Below, piece by piece: positions 25,971 through 37,860 of a DNA stretch of 64,000 bases. A program made the position numbers and the translations under genes. Origin of the DNA: Rhynchobatus australiae (lineage: Eukaryota); contig JAUZTB010000057.1 in NCBI GenBank assembly GCA_034780895.1, positions 14,913,756-14,977,755 of the forward strand, read 5' to 3'. How positions within the stretch are numbered: the stretch's first letter is position 1; each line of letters opens with the position of its first letter. The notes beneath the pieces are model-generated. The model was not told the DNA's origin. It was given only the letters and a program-made list of their open reading frames with translations, and searched no databases.

Positions 25971-27224
25971 CACTACATTTAGGTAAATTCAAGAAAATAA
26001 CACGTTCCAGTATTGTGAAAGATAATTCCATTTGATATTTGAGTTGAGTGTCTCTGTGTTTTAACTACACAATTTCTAATTTATTTCTCTTTTATTCTGT
26101 TGGCTAGAATAACATTCTTAATAGTATAATAAACAAAAAAACCTTAAGCTATCTCTCATTTACTGCATTCTCTCACTGCAAACAAAAGAACCTTTATTTA
26201 AATGATCAAGGCAAATAACCAAGTCTATAATCAACATAATATAGCTGTAATGAAGTCTACCAGAACCAGCCAGAGCACCTTGAAGTCTCACAACACTAAG
26301 ACAATGCGAATGCAATTTATCAGTTGCAGCAAATCTGGCAGTGATATCACAACAGGAAGGAGATAGAAAAACCTGAGGTTCATACTGAACGTGAAGAGAT
26401 GAAATAATATTATGGAATTCCATAAATAAAAAGTTTGCTTAAAAAATTTGTTTTTGTGTAAGTTCACTGCAATCTGCCAAAAAACATTATGCTTGATCCA
26501 TACGTTCTAGAAGCGGGTCAGGGAATGACACAGTGTAAAAGAGCAAGGGTCAGCTTGATTTTAAAAACATGGGTTGCCTGCAGCCTTGAAACTGAACTTT
26601 TAAAAACTGAGCACACAACTGATCCTGAATCTCTAGGACACATTGCAGCAGGGGGTCCTTGCACTCAACAATCAAATGAATCCAAAGGAAAACTGCGGTT
26701 CAGAAGACAGCTATTTGCTCATTGGTTTGCTGGCTGCCTGCCAGCTACCTTAGAACGTGAAACAATGTGACAAGAAGTTCAGTGCAGAGCTGAAAGGATA
26801 AATGGTACAAGGCCTTGGCAAGTCAGTCAGAAATGAATGCTTCAGCAGGCAAATATTTATATTTAACTTGGCCCACAGTTTGATTGTGGGGATGGTGGTG
26901 CTGGTGGGGTGGGGGGGGGGCTGAAAATTAGTGTTGTACAGTGACAGGGCAAAAGTTANNNNNNNNNNNNNNNNNNNNNNNNNNNNNNNNNNNNNNNNNN
27001 NNNNNNNNNNNNNNNNNNNNNNNNNNNNNNNNNNNNNNNNNNNNNNNNNNNNNNNNNNCCCCCCCCCCCCCGAAAATTAGTGTTGTAAAGTGACAGGGCA
27101 AAAGTTATGGTCTACGGTTTGTTGGAATATTCACAAATGAGAATAAGAGCAAAAATTTACATTACTGAATTTTTTTTTGTAATGTGCATCTTTGGTTAAA
27201 ACCATTGTGGGATACTTTCTAATG

Positions 27225-27535
27225 ACATAGAAGGAGGCTACTCAAACCATCAAGTCTACGCTGGCTCTCAGAGCAATCCTATCAAACCCATCCATCAATT
27301 TATTTCCCCATAACAAGCCCATCAACTTCACCCTGATTTCCCTACACTCGGGGTAATTTAGAGTGGTCAATTAACCTACCAATTATGATGTATTTGGGAT
27401 ATGTGAGGAAACCAAGGTACCAATTGAAAACCCAAATGGTCATAGGGAGAACGTACAAACTCCACACAGACTGCACTTACGGTCAGGATTGGATCCAGGT
27501 CACTGAAGCTGTGAACCATCAGCAGTACTTGCCAT
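27225..27535 (-). mobile_element. V-SINE/HE1-like SINE
   Basis: caattaacctacc...tttgggatatgtgaggaaacc...ggtcatagggagaacgtacaaactccacacagac. Confidence 0.8.
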
Positions 27536-28484
27536 CTCAATGGCGAAGGAAGTTAGAGGAACTGATTTTCAGAAGCAGAGCACAAGGGGTTAGCAATGTT
27601 GCTACATTTAAAAAAAGCAACAGAGGAGAAATTTCGTCCCCAATATTTAACAACAGCTAACAAGATATACTATTTAATCTACATCAGNNNNNNNNNNNNN
27701 NNNNNNNNNNNNNNNNNNNNNNNNNNNNNNNNNNNNNNNNNNNNNNNNNNNNNNNNNNNNNNNNNNNNNNNNNNNNNNNNNNNNNNNATACTATTTAATC
27801 TACATCAGTGTCCCAGAAATCCATTTTCTATAAGCTCTGAGCATTTACAGGCTGTGCAATTTCCTTTTCAAGAAATTCTACTATTATTCTTCTACCTCAT
27901 TGAAAAGATAGTGTATTTCTTTATTTTCCTGAGTACAGCTCTGCGTACTTGGTACTGATGGTTTATTTTGAAGTGCATATATTCACTAAGGTTTAAAACA
28001 ATTTGTCCTACAATCCATTTGTGTAGCATCTTGGTAGTTTATTGATGGGAATGAAAATAGGTAATTTTTAAAATAGTTTTGCCATTACTTGAAATAAGTC
28101 TCCCAACATTGTAAATGTGATTCATGTGACTACATTCCTTTTTGTTCTTGATTGACTAGGCCATAAATGTTATATCATTTTCAATCTGAGCTTAAGTTAA
28201 GAAATCTACCCTCATTCTTCAGAGAGTTAAGAACTGAACAGTCTGCCATTGCAGGTTATTGTAATTAGCTTTTCAGACAAGATGTGTTCAGTTTTATCTT
28301 TTTGCTATAATCAGAAACTTTCTGAATTGAACACCATTTTTTTTCTGAGGAAGGAAAACAAAACAGATTTGCCCTCCCCTAGAGGGGATTTGTTCAACTT
28401 TAAGAAGATTGTAAATCTGTTGGAAGGCTGCTTTGGTTGTGGGAAGGAAAGAGAAGAACATTTTGTATTGATTGAATGCATTAT

Positions 28485-28685
28485 TGTGACCAATATAAAA
28501 AACAATTATCTTGTTGTTTTCATCTTATTGCTAATTATGGGGCCTTGCAGTGTTCAAATTAACTGTCCTGTGCCTGTCATTATAAAGTGTTAAAATTAAA
28601 GAGTAATATATTAACTGTGAAGCACCTGGAGACATCCTGTGGAGGTGAAAGGTGCTATTCGGATACAATTTGCTTTTCATTTCTT
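28485..28685 (+). mobile_element. Deu-domain SINE, decayed
   Basis: aacaattatcttgttgttttcatcttattgct...ctgtgaagcacctggagacatcctg...gtgaaaggtgcta, i.e. Deu core plus L2-like tail. Confidence 0.5.
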
Positions 28686-30209
28686 ATTATGATTTCTTTT
28701 TCAATAAAGAAATCGACATTAAGCATTACAATTTACTCGAGTTATTGGATGGTGCTCACTATAGCATCATTTATATCTCACCATGATCTGATAGAATCTT
28801 TATGAATCACTTGGTATATGGCAGAACAGCTAGTCAAAATAATTGTCTTCTAAGCACTACAGAAGATCAAATTGGATTGTATGTTTGCTTCAAGGGATTA
28901 AATAAAGGAAAATTTAAGCATGAATTCAGGATTGAAAACAAAAAGCATTCTTTGTAAAATTCCACTTCATATCTGGAGCAGCTTAAAAGTCGGGATTTCT
29001 GAGCAAATTACCCTGGATTTATGATAACATGGTTGCTTTTGATATAGAGCCCAGAGCTGGTGCTTTTAGTAATTAGCTGCATTTAATACACAGGAGTATT
29101 GCACAAAGCAGTTGTACACAGGAAGCCTTTAACAGACTCAAATTTCAGTGTAGTCATTAATTAGAACATTCCAAGGTTGAAGAAACAGTTTAATGCATTC
29201 TTTTAATGAAAATAAATGTTAATATTTTTCTTCCAAATTATATAGTAATTTCTATTAGAAAAACAATAACTTTTAAAATATTCAGTGATCAAATTGAAAG
29301 TTATAAACTATTATGGAAATCATACCTGAATGCCAACACAAAAATTAAAAGTTATAGGATGTATTTGATGATCCTAGGGCAATGGGAGGGTCGCTGCTTC
29401 ATATCTGATTCAATTACATGAGATGAAAGAAGTAGCTGTCAAAACACATTAATGACTTTCAGCTTTAAAAGTAAATATTAATCATGGAACAGATGAGCCT
29501 GCTTAGTCAAAGAAGCCAAATTGCAAGCTGCATTGCCTTTTGACCTCATAATAAACACTTTGCACACAGATCTAAGCTCCAGAAAAATGAACACAACATC
29601 CATTGAAGGCCAACACCAACTCTTGTGTAATTAAAGGTTGATGATTTAGGGGAAGCGACTAAATAAATTCTAATAATTTTAAATGGTCATAAAAACAGAA
29701 TTGAAATTCAAGATCTGTTAATGTACATTGGGTGTGAAGGAGCAAGTAAATAAAATTAAACTAAGCTTAAAATTTGTTTTGTGCAAGGTATTCGTTGAAA
29801 TTATTTAATTGCCCAGTCCGATCCCTTTCCAATCATTTTATAATGCATATAGCTTGGAGATTGAACAATAACCATTCAGCAATTGTGTCAATGAAATCAT
29901 TGCACCTGATGTTTGCTGAAGCTTTTGTGACCAGCTTAACATCAATAAAACTGAGAGGCAGAGAGTAAAAGACAGGAGGTGGATTGATTTTTTTTTATTT
30001 ACAGGCAGTGCAGGATGTTTTTCTGATTCCCACCCTTGCTGCACCTCCCAAATACTGCAAGCACTGTATAATGAGAAATAACTGAAGAAGTGAGAGGTAA
30101 ATTATTGGATGGCCTTGGAGGCCATAATAACAACAAAGGCCATATTCCTCCACAGAAATGCCAGAAAATATAGCCCTAACCATGCAGGTGTTTGGGAAGT
30201 AAAATCAAA

Positions 30210-30304
30210 ACTTCCAGGTGCTAGAAATCTGAAATAAAAACAAAAAGTGCTGGAAATACTCAGCAGGTCAGGCAGTATCTGTGGAAAAAGAGTTAACATT
30301 TCAG
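30210..30304 (-). mobile_element. Penelope-like terminal fragment
   Basis: aaatctgaaataaaaacaaaaagtgctggaaatactcagcaggtcaggcagtatctgtgga...gttaacatttcag. Confidence 0.7.
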
Positions 30305-30537
30305 ATGGAAATTTGGGCTTCCTGCACAACACCAGTGATCCTGCAGCAGTTTGCTGGGATCTTCCCAATTACACTTCAACATTGAATTTCTCATGGAGTC
30401 CAGTGGAGGAGCATGAATATGCAGAGCTAGGAAATCTGTTCACTGGCCCAGCCAGCCAAGTCCCTTGCGAGGTGAGGAATGGCTGAATTTATTTTATTTT
30501 TAATTGATTTTAAATTGAATGCCTGTAATTATTTTTT

Positions 30538-30790
30538 TAGTCATACAGCACAGAAACAGGCCTTCCAGCCCAACTGGTCCATGCCGACCAAGATTCTGAT
30601 TTGCCCATNNNNNNNNNNNNNNNNNNNNNNNNNNNNNNNNNNNNNNNNNNNNNNNNNNNNNNNNNNNNNNNNNNNNNNGTAGCTGCCTCAACCACTTTCT
30701 CTGAGAGCTCATTCCATATACTGACCATGCTCTGGGCGAAAAAGCTGCCCCTCAGGTTTCTATTAAATCTCTCCCCTCTCACCTTAAAAT
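30538..30790 (-). mobile_element. CR1 3' end, interrupted by a gap
   Basis: catacagcacagaaacaggccttccagccc...; minus-strand RGERFNRNLRGSFFAQSMVSIWNELSEKVVEA is the CR1 ORF2 C-terminus. Confidence 0.85.
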
Positions 30791-31059
30791 TATTCTGGAC
30801 GGCTTGTGTTTAATTTTAAATAAAGTTAATAGTCTATTTAACATTTAATAGTTTTAATCTCATTGTCAACTAAAAAGCCTGTTGGTGTAACTCCACTGAC
30901 TGTCAAGGCAATTTTGAGTGTATATCTCTTAGCACAGGGCTTGCTACACAATTGGAAAGGCCCTGTGCTGAGAGATACTGACATCCAAACGTCCATGCTC
31001 ATAGTTCTGGTCCAGGTAAGAACAGATTGAATCATTTCAAGCATCTCACTGGTCTACAG

Positions 31060-32100
31060 ACAAGTGTGGCTGTAATGTATAACATTATGGCAGAAAGGGT
31101 GAGAGAACAAAGTCCAAAGTAATAAATGGGAAACACAAATCATGACAAAATGAGGATTGAGATAATGAATGTAACAAAAGGTGCATATTGACAGTTACAT
31201 AAGTAGAGAAACCATGCACAATGTTTCAAGGGAAAATGGATAGAGTTTACAAAAAATATATTCCACTAAAAGTTAATAACAATTGAGCCAAAAGTGAGTT
31301 ATAGACGATCAGAGGTATATGAAGTTGGATGCTAAGAAAATGTCTTCTGCAAAGCCCATTATTAGAAAGAAGTGCATGTCAAAAAGGAATATGATGAATT
31401 TAGGAAAGCTAAAATGAAAATCAGGAGTGCAGACAAAATGTGAAATTAAAACATAAATCATAAATTATCTTGTAGATTCACAGGTAACAAAGGAACATTA
31501 AGATTGTGGCAGTGTCACTAAGGAATGACAAAGTTAACCATGGTCTGGTTCTGAAGGAGCCAAAAAATTGAATATTCTCTTGGGTCCTTGTATAACCAAA
31601 AAAGCTAACAAAGTGGAAATGACAATGGTAGAGGAAGTTATCGAGGGTATTTCAGTGTGTCGAAAAGCTAGAACTGTGATCATGATGTGTGATTGTGGCA
31701 CACCATTACACTGTTGAGTGTGGAACCATTCTTGAAGAGTTGCTACAATTATGGTCTCATTAATGGATGAATATGCAAGCAGTTCAGTAAATTGTCTCAG
31801 AGGTTGATTTCTGGGATGAAGGAGTTGTCCTATCAGGGAAGGATGAACAGGTTGGGTCTGAACACATGGAAGTTCACACAAGTGAACTGTAATTGTATTG
31901 AGACATAAAAATATTGAGATCGCTTGACAGGGTAGATGAATGTTTCTCCTTGTAGAGCAAACTAGAATTAGAGGCAGTGTCAGAAGAAGGGGTATCCCAT
32001 TTATGTCGATGCTTAGAGGGTTGTGAATCTTTGGAATTATCTGTTCCAGAAGGTTTGGAGGCTACATCACTGAATATATTTAAGGCAGGGATCAACACAA
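31060..32100 (+). mobile_element. Highly decayed CR1 ORF2
   Basis: Purine-rich CR1-like sequence ending gagggttgtgaatctttggaattatctgttccaga...gaatatatttaaggcagggatc. Confidence 0.65.
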
Positions 32101-32112
32101 ATTACTCAATAG

Positions 32113-32260
32113 TGAGCAACACACAATATTCTGGAGGAACTCAGCGGGTCAGGCAGCATCTAGGAAGGAAAATGGACAGTTGATGTTTCAGATCCATTGA
32201 GTTCTCCAGCATTTTGTGTGCAGTTCCAGATTCCAGCATCTGCAGTCTCTTGTGTCTCCA
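32113..32260. mobile_element. Short inverted (tail-to-tail) Penelope-like terminal element
   Basis: acacacaatattctggaggaactcag...gatgtttcag followed by tgagttctccagcattttgtgtg...ccagcatctgcagtctcttgtgtctcc (inverted arms). Confidence 0.7.
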
Positions 32261-33559
32261 TTTCACTCAATAGTGAGTCTTATGACTCATTCTTGTAGAT
32301 CAAGTGCTCAACTTCTCATGTTGTTCTTGTACTCAACTTGTCTTTTTAAGTATCTTATGGTTGAAGGAAATGATGTATTCACCAGAGTTTCATGACCTGT
32401 TATACTTGTACATTATAATTAAATCTGAGTCTTTTACTTCCACACAACATCCCTCAGTACGGAGGAGACTTCTGTGAGTGGACTGTTGTGAATACTAACA
32501 TCTAATCACTCAATTCCTTATATATTAGATTAAATATGATTTGGACCCTTTGAAATAGAGCAATTGAAGTAAGAATCAAGGCCCAATACAGTTGTTAAAT
32601 TCATGACGAAGAATTTAACCTATTTCTAGATTCTCCTAAATTCTTATAACAAAACTATGTATTTGGTGACTTCCAGACTGCATTTTTACCATAAAATAGT
32701 GGCTGACTGTACCTACATAATTGGACTGGATGGCTGTACTGCAGAAGCAGTTTAATATTCTAGTTTGAAACAAGAGAGCCAAATGCTCTGTAAATATATA
32801 AGCAGTGAGAACAGAATGAAAACAAGGGAGAGGCATATACTTGCTAAAGTTAAACCATGTATTTCATTCTCTGGCTACTTGTGGTTATGGACTGTCCACA
32901 AGGCTATAATATTCATTGTGTAGTGATCAGCAATGTTCCATTTGTCTGGTTTCCATATCCAGAGCCAGTCTCTTTGAAAGCATACCTATCACATCAAAGC
33001 TGTTGAAAAAAATAGTAGCAAGACACTTCAGCTAAGTTAACAACAAAAAGTTTGCAATTGGAAAGGCAGCAGCTATATGTCTGAAGGGCTTACTTGTTTC
33101 CCCATGACAATTCATAATGACACAAAGTTAGCTGGGTCCAACAGCAGAGTCACAAGTGGAAGAGCTTTAATGTTTGTAGTTTACCACATGAAATGTAACC
33201 CCCTTTTGTGAATATATAATTCCATTATAATTGCCTTTCTAATGGAAACCACATTCAATTGAAACTGAATGGTAAATGTAATCCCACTGTAATTAATTAA
33301 ATTGTGTTTGACCATATGAAATATAATTCAGAATTATAACTTTGTAACATCTTAAAATTGTATCAAACATCTGTCACAGGTACCAAGCAAGGAAAGAGGA
33401 GAGAGCAAGTTCTGTTTGCTCAGGCCAGGAGAGAAAGGGGAGTGTGAAACTTAGTGTTATTCCAAGCCGATGTTGCTATTACCTTTAAATTAAGAACTCT
33501 CAGGCATGATTATACACAAATTTCCTACACAATATTGAAAGATGGCAGTGTAAAAAACT

Positions 33560-33930
33560 AATTGGAGATTTTGAAATTGAGATTTTATTCACCAGATTGA
33601 TTTCAGTGGTACTGGGATTGTCCTGTGAGGAGGAATTAGCAGACTTGGCCTTTGTTCTTGAGTTTAGAAGATTAGGAGTTGCTCTCATGGAAACATACAA
33701 AATTCTTTCAAGGTTTGAAAGGGATCATGTTTCCACTGGCTGGGATGTCTACGTTCAGGCAGCATAATCTCAGCATAAGATACCAGCCACTGAGGATGGA
33801 GATGAGAATAAACTTTCTCTCCCTGGGTAGTGAATCTTTGGAATTCTCTACCTAAGTGGTATGTGGAGTTATTGAGTATATTCAAGACAGAGATCACAAG
33901 ATTATTAGACTTTAAGACCAAGAGATAGAA
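33560..33930 (+). mobile_element. CR1 3' fragment
   Basis: ttcaccagattgatttc...gagtttagaagattagg...gtagtgaatctttggaattctctacc. Confidence 0.8.
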
Positions 33931-34255
33931 ATATAGAAACATAGTAAAACCAACAGCTCAATTCAGGCCCTTCAGCCCACAAAGCTGTACCAAACATGCC
34001 CCTACCCTAGAAATTACAAGGCTTATCCATAGTCCTCTATTCTTCTCAGCTCCATGCACCTATTCAACAGTCTCTTAAAAGACCCTATCGTATCCATCTC
34101 CAGTACTGTTGCTGGCAGCCCATTCCACACACTCACCACTCTCTGAGGGAAAAAAAGCTTATCCCTGACATCTCCCCTATACCTACTCCCCAGCACCTTA
34201 AACCTGTGTCCTCTTGTGGCCACCATTTCAGCCCTGGGAAAAAGCCTCTGACTAT
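33930..34255 (-). mobile_element. Younger CR1 3' end
   Basis: Minus-strand TRGHRFKVLGSRYRGDVRDKLFFPQRVVSVWNGLPATVLEMDTIGSFKRLLNR is the CR1 ORF2 C-terminus; atagaaacatag tail. Confidence 0.9.
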
Positions 34256-35099
34256 NNNNNNNNNNNNNNNNNNNNNNNNNNNNNNNNNNNNNNNNNNNNN
34301 NNNNNNNNNNNNNNNNNNNNNNNNNNNNNNNNNNNNNNNNNNNNNNNNNNNNNNNGCTTTTAAAAATTCACTTAGGCCTCATGCAACCAAGCATGTTCAA
34401 GCCATTTTACAGTGAGAATAATATATAAATAACTGAAATTCTCATCAGTTCAGCTGATTTCCCTTGATTCTAACAAAGGAAGCAACAAAATGCTGTAGTC
34501 TGTGGAGGAGGAATCATTGGCACCAATTTCATTATTTGTATGATAAACAGGCAAGCACAGGAATCTAAAAGTTGCTGTCAAATTTACAGTGTATTGACAG
34601 CAAAAACTAACTGATTCACCACCAACACAACCGTACATTCCAGCCTTCTCTATAATAGTCAGAAGTCTAAAGCGTCGGTATTGTAGCTGTTTCCAGAACA
34701 AATTAAAGACAGGGTAGATATTGTAAGTCAAAGGCTTAAATATTTGAGGACTTCATTTTGCATAGATAGAATGAGGTGAAATTGCAACATTCACATTAGG
34801 CTGTTCATGTTTATCGGTGCTATTTTTATTAACCAATTTACTTTAAGTGATTTATCAACTCTCTGAAAATTTAAATGTAAAAACATTTGACATTAGCAAC
34901 TAACAATGATGAGAAATTAAAAACAGAAAATGATGGAGATACTCAACAAATTTGGCATCATCTGTTAATGTTTNNNNNNNNNNNNNNNNNNNNNNNNNNN
35001 NNNNNNNNNNNNNNNNNNNNNNNNNNNNNNNNNNNNNNNNNNNNNNNNNNNNNNNNNNNNNNNNNNNNNNNGGGGGAATCTAAGATTGTCTGATTAACA

Positions 35100-35480
35100 G
35101 AAATACCAAGGGTAATGAATGCTTTTAAATCACAGCAGATCTGTCTGGAGGAGTATGTATAGAGGGAGATGAATGAGGGCAATTGAGAAGAAAACAATGT
35201 TAGAACAATTTCTAGAACTTGGAGTTAAAAGTAAGATTTCTAGATGGTGGACCAATCAAAATGGGAAATAGCAAAGAAACCAGAAATGGTAAAGCATAGG
35301 GATCTGAAATGCTTGGAGAATTGGAGGGGGTTGGAGGTGCATGGCATTGAAGGGATTTGAAAGCAAAAGTAAGAATTCAAAATCAGAGACATTGTAAGAC
35401 CATGAACAAAATCAGAGACATTGTAAGACTGTGAACCACTGTTAGTAAGAAAGAATAGGGATAATGGGTGAATGAGGAGA
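35100..35480 (-). mobile_element. L2-like LINE fragment with an internal 22-bp near-tandem duplication
   Basis: gaagggatttgaaagcaaaagtaagaattcaaaatc... resembles reverse L2; aaaatcagagacattgtaagac occurs twice. Confidence 0.5.
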
Positions 35481-36544
35481 AAATTAAGATAATTGTACCA
35501 ACAATGTAGAAATGCAAACTATATGCTTAGAAAAAGATCTGACATATGGAAACTTAAACTGGAGACAATTCTGGTTAAGCTCAACTGAATCAAATAAATT
35601 GAAGTTAATTTAGCTTTTGGTTAAATTGTACAAGTATCACAAACATGCAAAAAATATTTTGCAAATTCCTTCAGCAATGTTAATAATGGAAATTTGTAAA
35701 AATCTGAAGTTTGTAAGTACAATTGCCAATCAATTTTTTTTAAAAAATAATGTTTTCCAGCTGTCTAAAAGAAGCATGCAGTTCTCTACAATGACATCAT
35801 TACTCAGTCAGATCTGTGTAAAAACCTATTATATTAACCGAGGGCAACCACTTCTATCTCCATGGGCTATTTGAGGGGATCAACCTATTATCACAACCAC
35901 CACTCCAAATAATTTCAGTAGAAAAGCTACATTGCTACTTTTTTCTCCATATTTTGTACACATCAGACATGAAGGTGTAAATGGATTAAAAGAATATATC
36001 ACCTGCATCACACATTTGGACACTCATTGAATATATGTACCTGTATATAAATATTATTGCAGTTGGTAAAATTGAAAGTAGGCTTAAAAGGCAAACAAAA
36101 TGTGAAGTGTCTGGAATGCAAAGGAATGTATTTAAGCTACATATAATTTGGTCCTCACCTGTATATATTAGTTTTTAATAGTAAATGTCCTGAGATTTGT
36201 TGCAAATGGAAGTTTCCCTTTATTTGAAGTAACAGAAGGTCACTATATAAACTTCATTTTACAGGTTACTTTGTTTGCCACTTTTATAGATATGTGCCCA
36301 GATAGCACATATTTGCAGTGGTACCTCTCAATAGATGCATGGAAAATAGTTAATTAAGATGACTGGTCATCTGAAACTCACCTGTCAAAACCTACTTTGA
36401 ACATGTGGACCAAATGTTGGTAAATGGGCTTAGTATAAATAGATACTTGATGGTTGACATGGATATGGAGGTCTGAGGGGGATGTTTCTAAGCTGTATGA
36501 CTCTATGAGCCTCTAAAACAGCAAAACCTTTACCATTATATAAG

Positions 36545-37860
36545 CATACTGTATGTCAACAGCTTCTAATGTTGGCATTGGATAATGCTTTCTTTTCATT
36601 GCTTTATTCATATCTTTAAGATCTGAATATGTACATAGTGATCCAGCCTTCTCAGATAATATTACCATTGAATTAATCCAAACAGTAAGTTTTGTTATCA
36701 GAACTAGAACATTTTGTCTGATCATATGATCTTTTTTTTTTCTTTCTGCTTAGCCTTTAAAGCCACTGGCACCTTACAAAAGACATGTTGGACCAGACCT
36801 GACATCTCATCAAGCCTGATTCAGTACTTTCCTTTCAGCTGTCCAATTTCATCACCTCAGGATATTTCATTGACTGGTTTATAGTCATGTAATGCATACA
36901 ATCATGGTTCCAGAACAGGGTGTTCTTAATTGCATCATTATCTTTATACTTGATAATATCCATGCTCAAACATGCCTTCTGCCTAATGGAGGTCTTATGG
37001 CCATGATTGCAGTCCAACTTACACTTATAGTTAGCAATTTGATCCAGTCTCTAACAGGGAGATGAATTCCAATAAGATGAACTGCAATAGCTGATTCCAC
37101 CATTGAAAACATGGTTATTTTCTTGGATAAGTGAAGCAGAGTTACATTGCAAAGGCCTCCTATGTCTACTTGAAATCCTAGCAGCTCCCAACTCTAAGTT
37201 AGGTTGAAATGCTCCTCATCATCCAAACCATAATTAATGATTTCACCAGCAACAAAATCAGTTGTTCCTCATTCCTTATCAATTGTCTGTTCACGTGCAG
37301 ATAATTCATTTCTACAGCATTTCTTTACAAACTGTTTGTTCTTTCAATGCTTGTTACATATGTTATAAAAGCAGTATCCAGTCCTCTTTTGTGGAACTCG
37401 TGTTTCTATTCCACAAGTTCCAATACCCACATACCCTTTGGTTTTCTTTAGCTTAGCTGGCAGCTTTTTCTTGTGAATCCTAAAGATTTTCTTGGGTTTA
37501 CACATTGCACTCAGTTTCTGTCCTCCACATGTGAAAAGCCTCAAAGGCTACATTAATTTCTGAAGAATAATTTTCTCTGACCCTCAAGTCTGCAATTCCA
37601 AATGTAAGTCTGTCTCTGAATAGTTCTTCCAGTGCAACTGTGTGAAATTCATAACATTCAGTGAGTTTTCACAACACTGCTGTGTATCGATCAAATGATT
37701 CACCACCATCTTGTCTCCTGTTAAATTTATCCCCCTCTAAAGTTAATTTTTCTTCATGCTTGGCAGTACTGAGAAAATTTCCTCAACCTAGGTTCTATCA
37801 TATCTTTATCCATCTCTGTAGCCCAGGCTCTCTAAGTGGAATACATTTCACGGGCATCTA
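36545..37860 (-). mobile_element. Gypsy/Ty3 LTR-retrotransposon gag-pol relic (pseudogenised)
   Basis: Minus-strand order: gag TLEGDKFNRRQDGGESFDRY and EELFRDRLTFGIAD, a decayed Cys knuckle (CNKH..N..F.K.C), protease-like VKLD, then RT WINSMVILSEKAGSLCTYSDLKDMNKAMKRKHYPMPTLE. Confidence 0.85.

Noticed and set aside
30305-30471. Plus-strand exon-like ORF DGNLGFLHNTSDPAAVCW...VPCE with a gtgagg donor
   Set aside because: The acceptor comes from a truncated Penelope terminus; no homology or partner exons.
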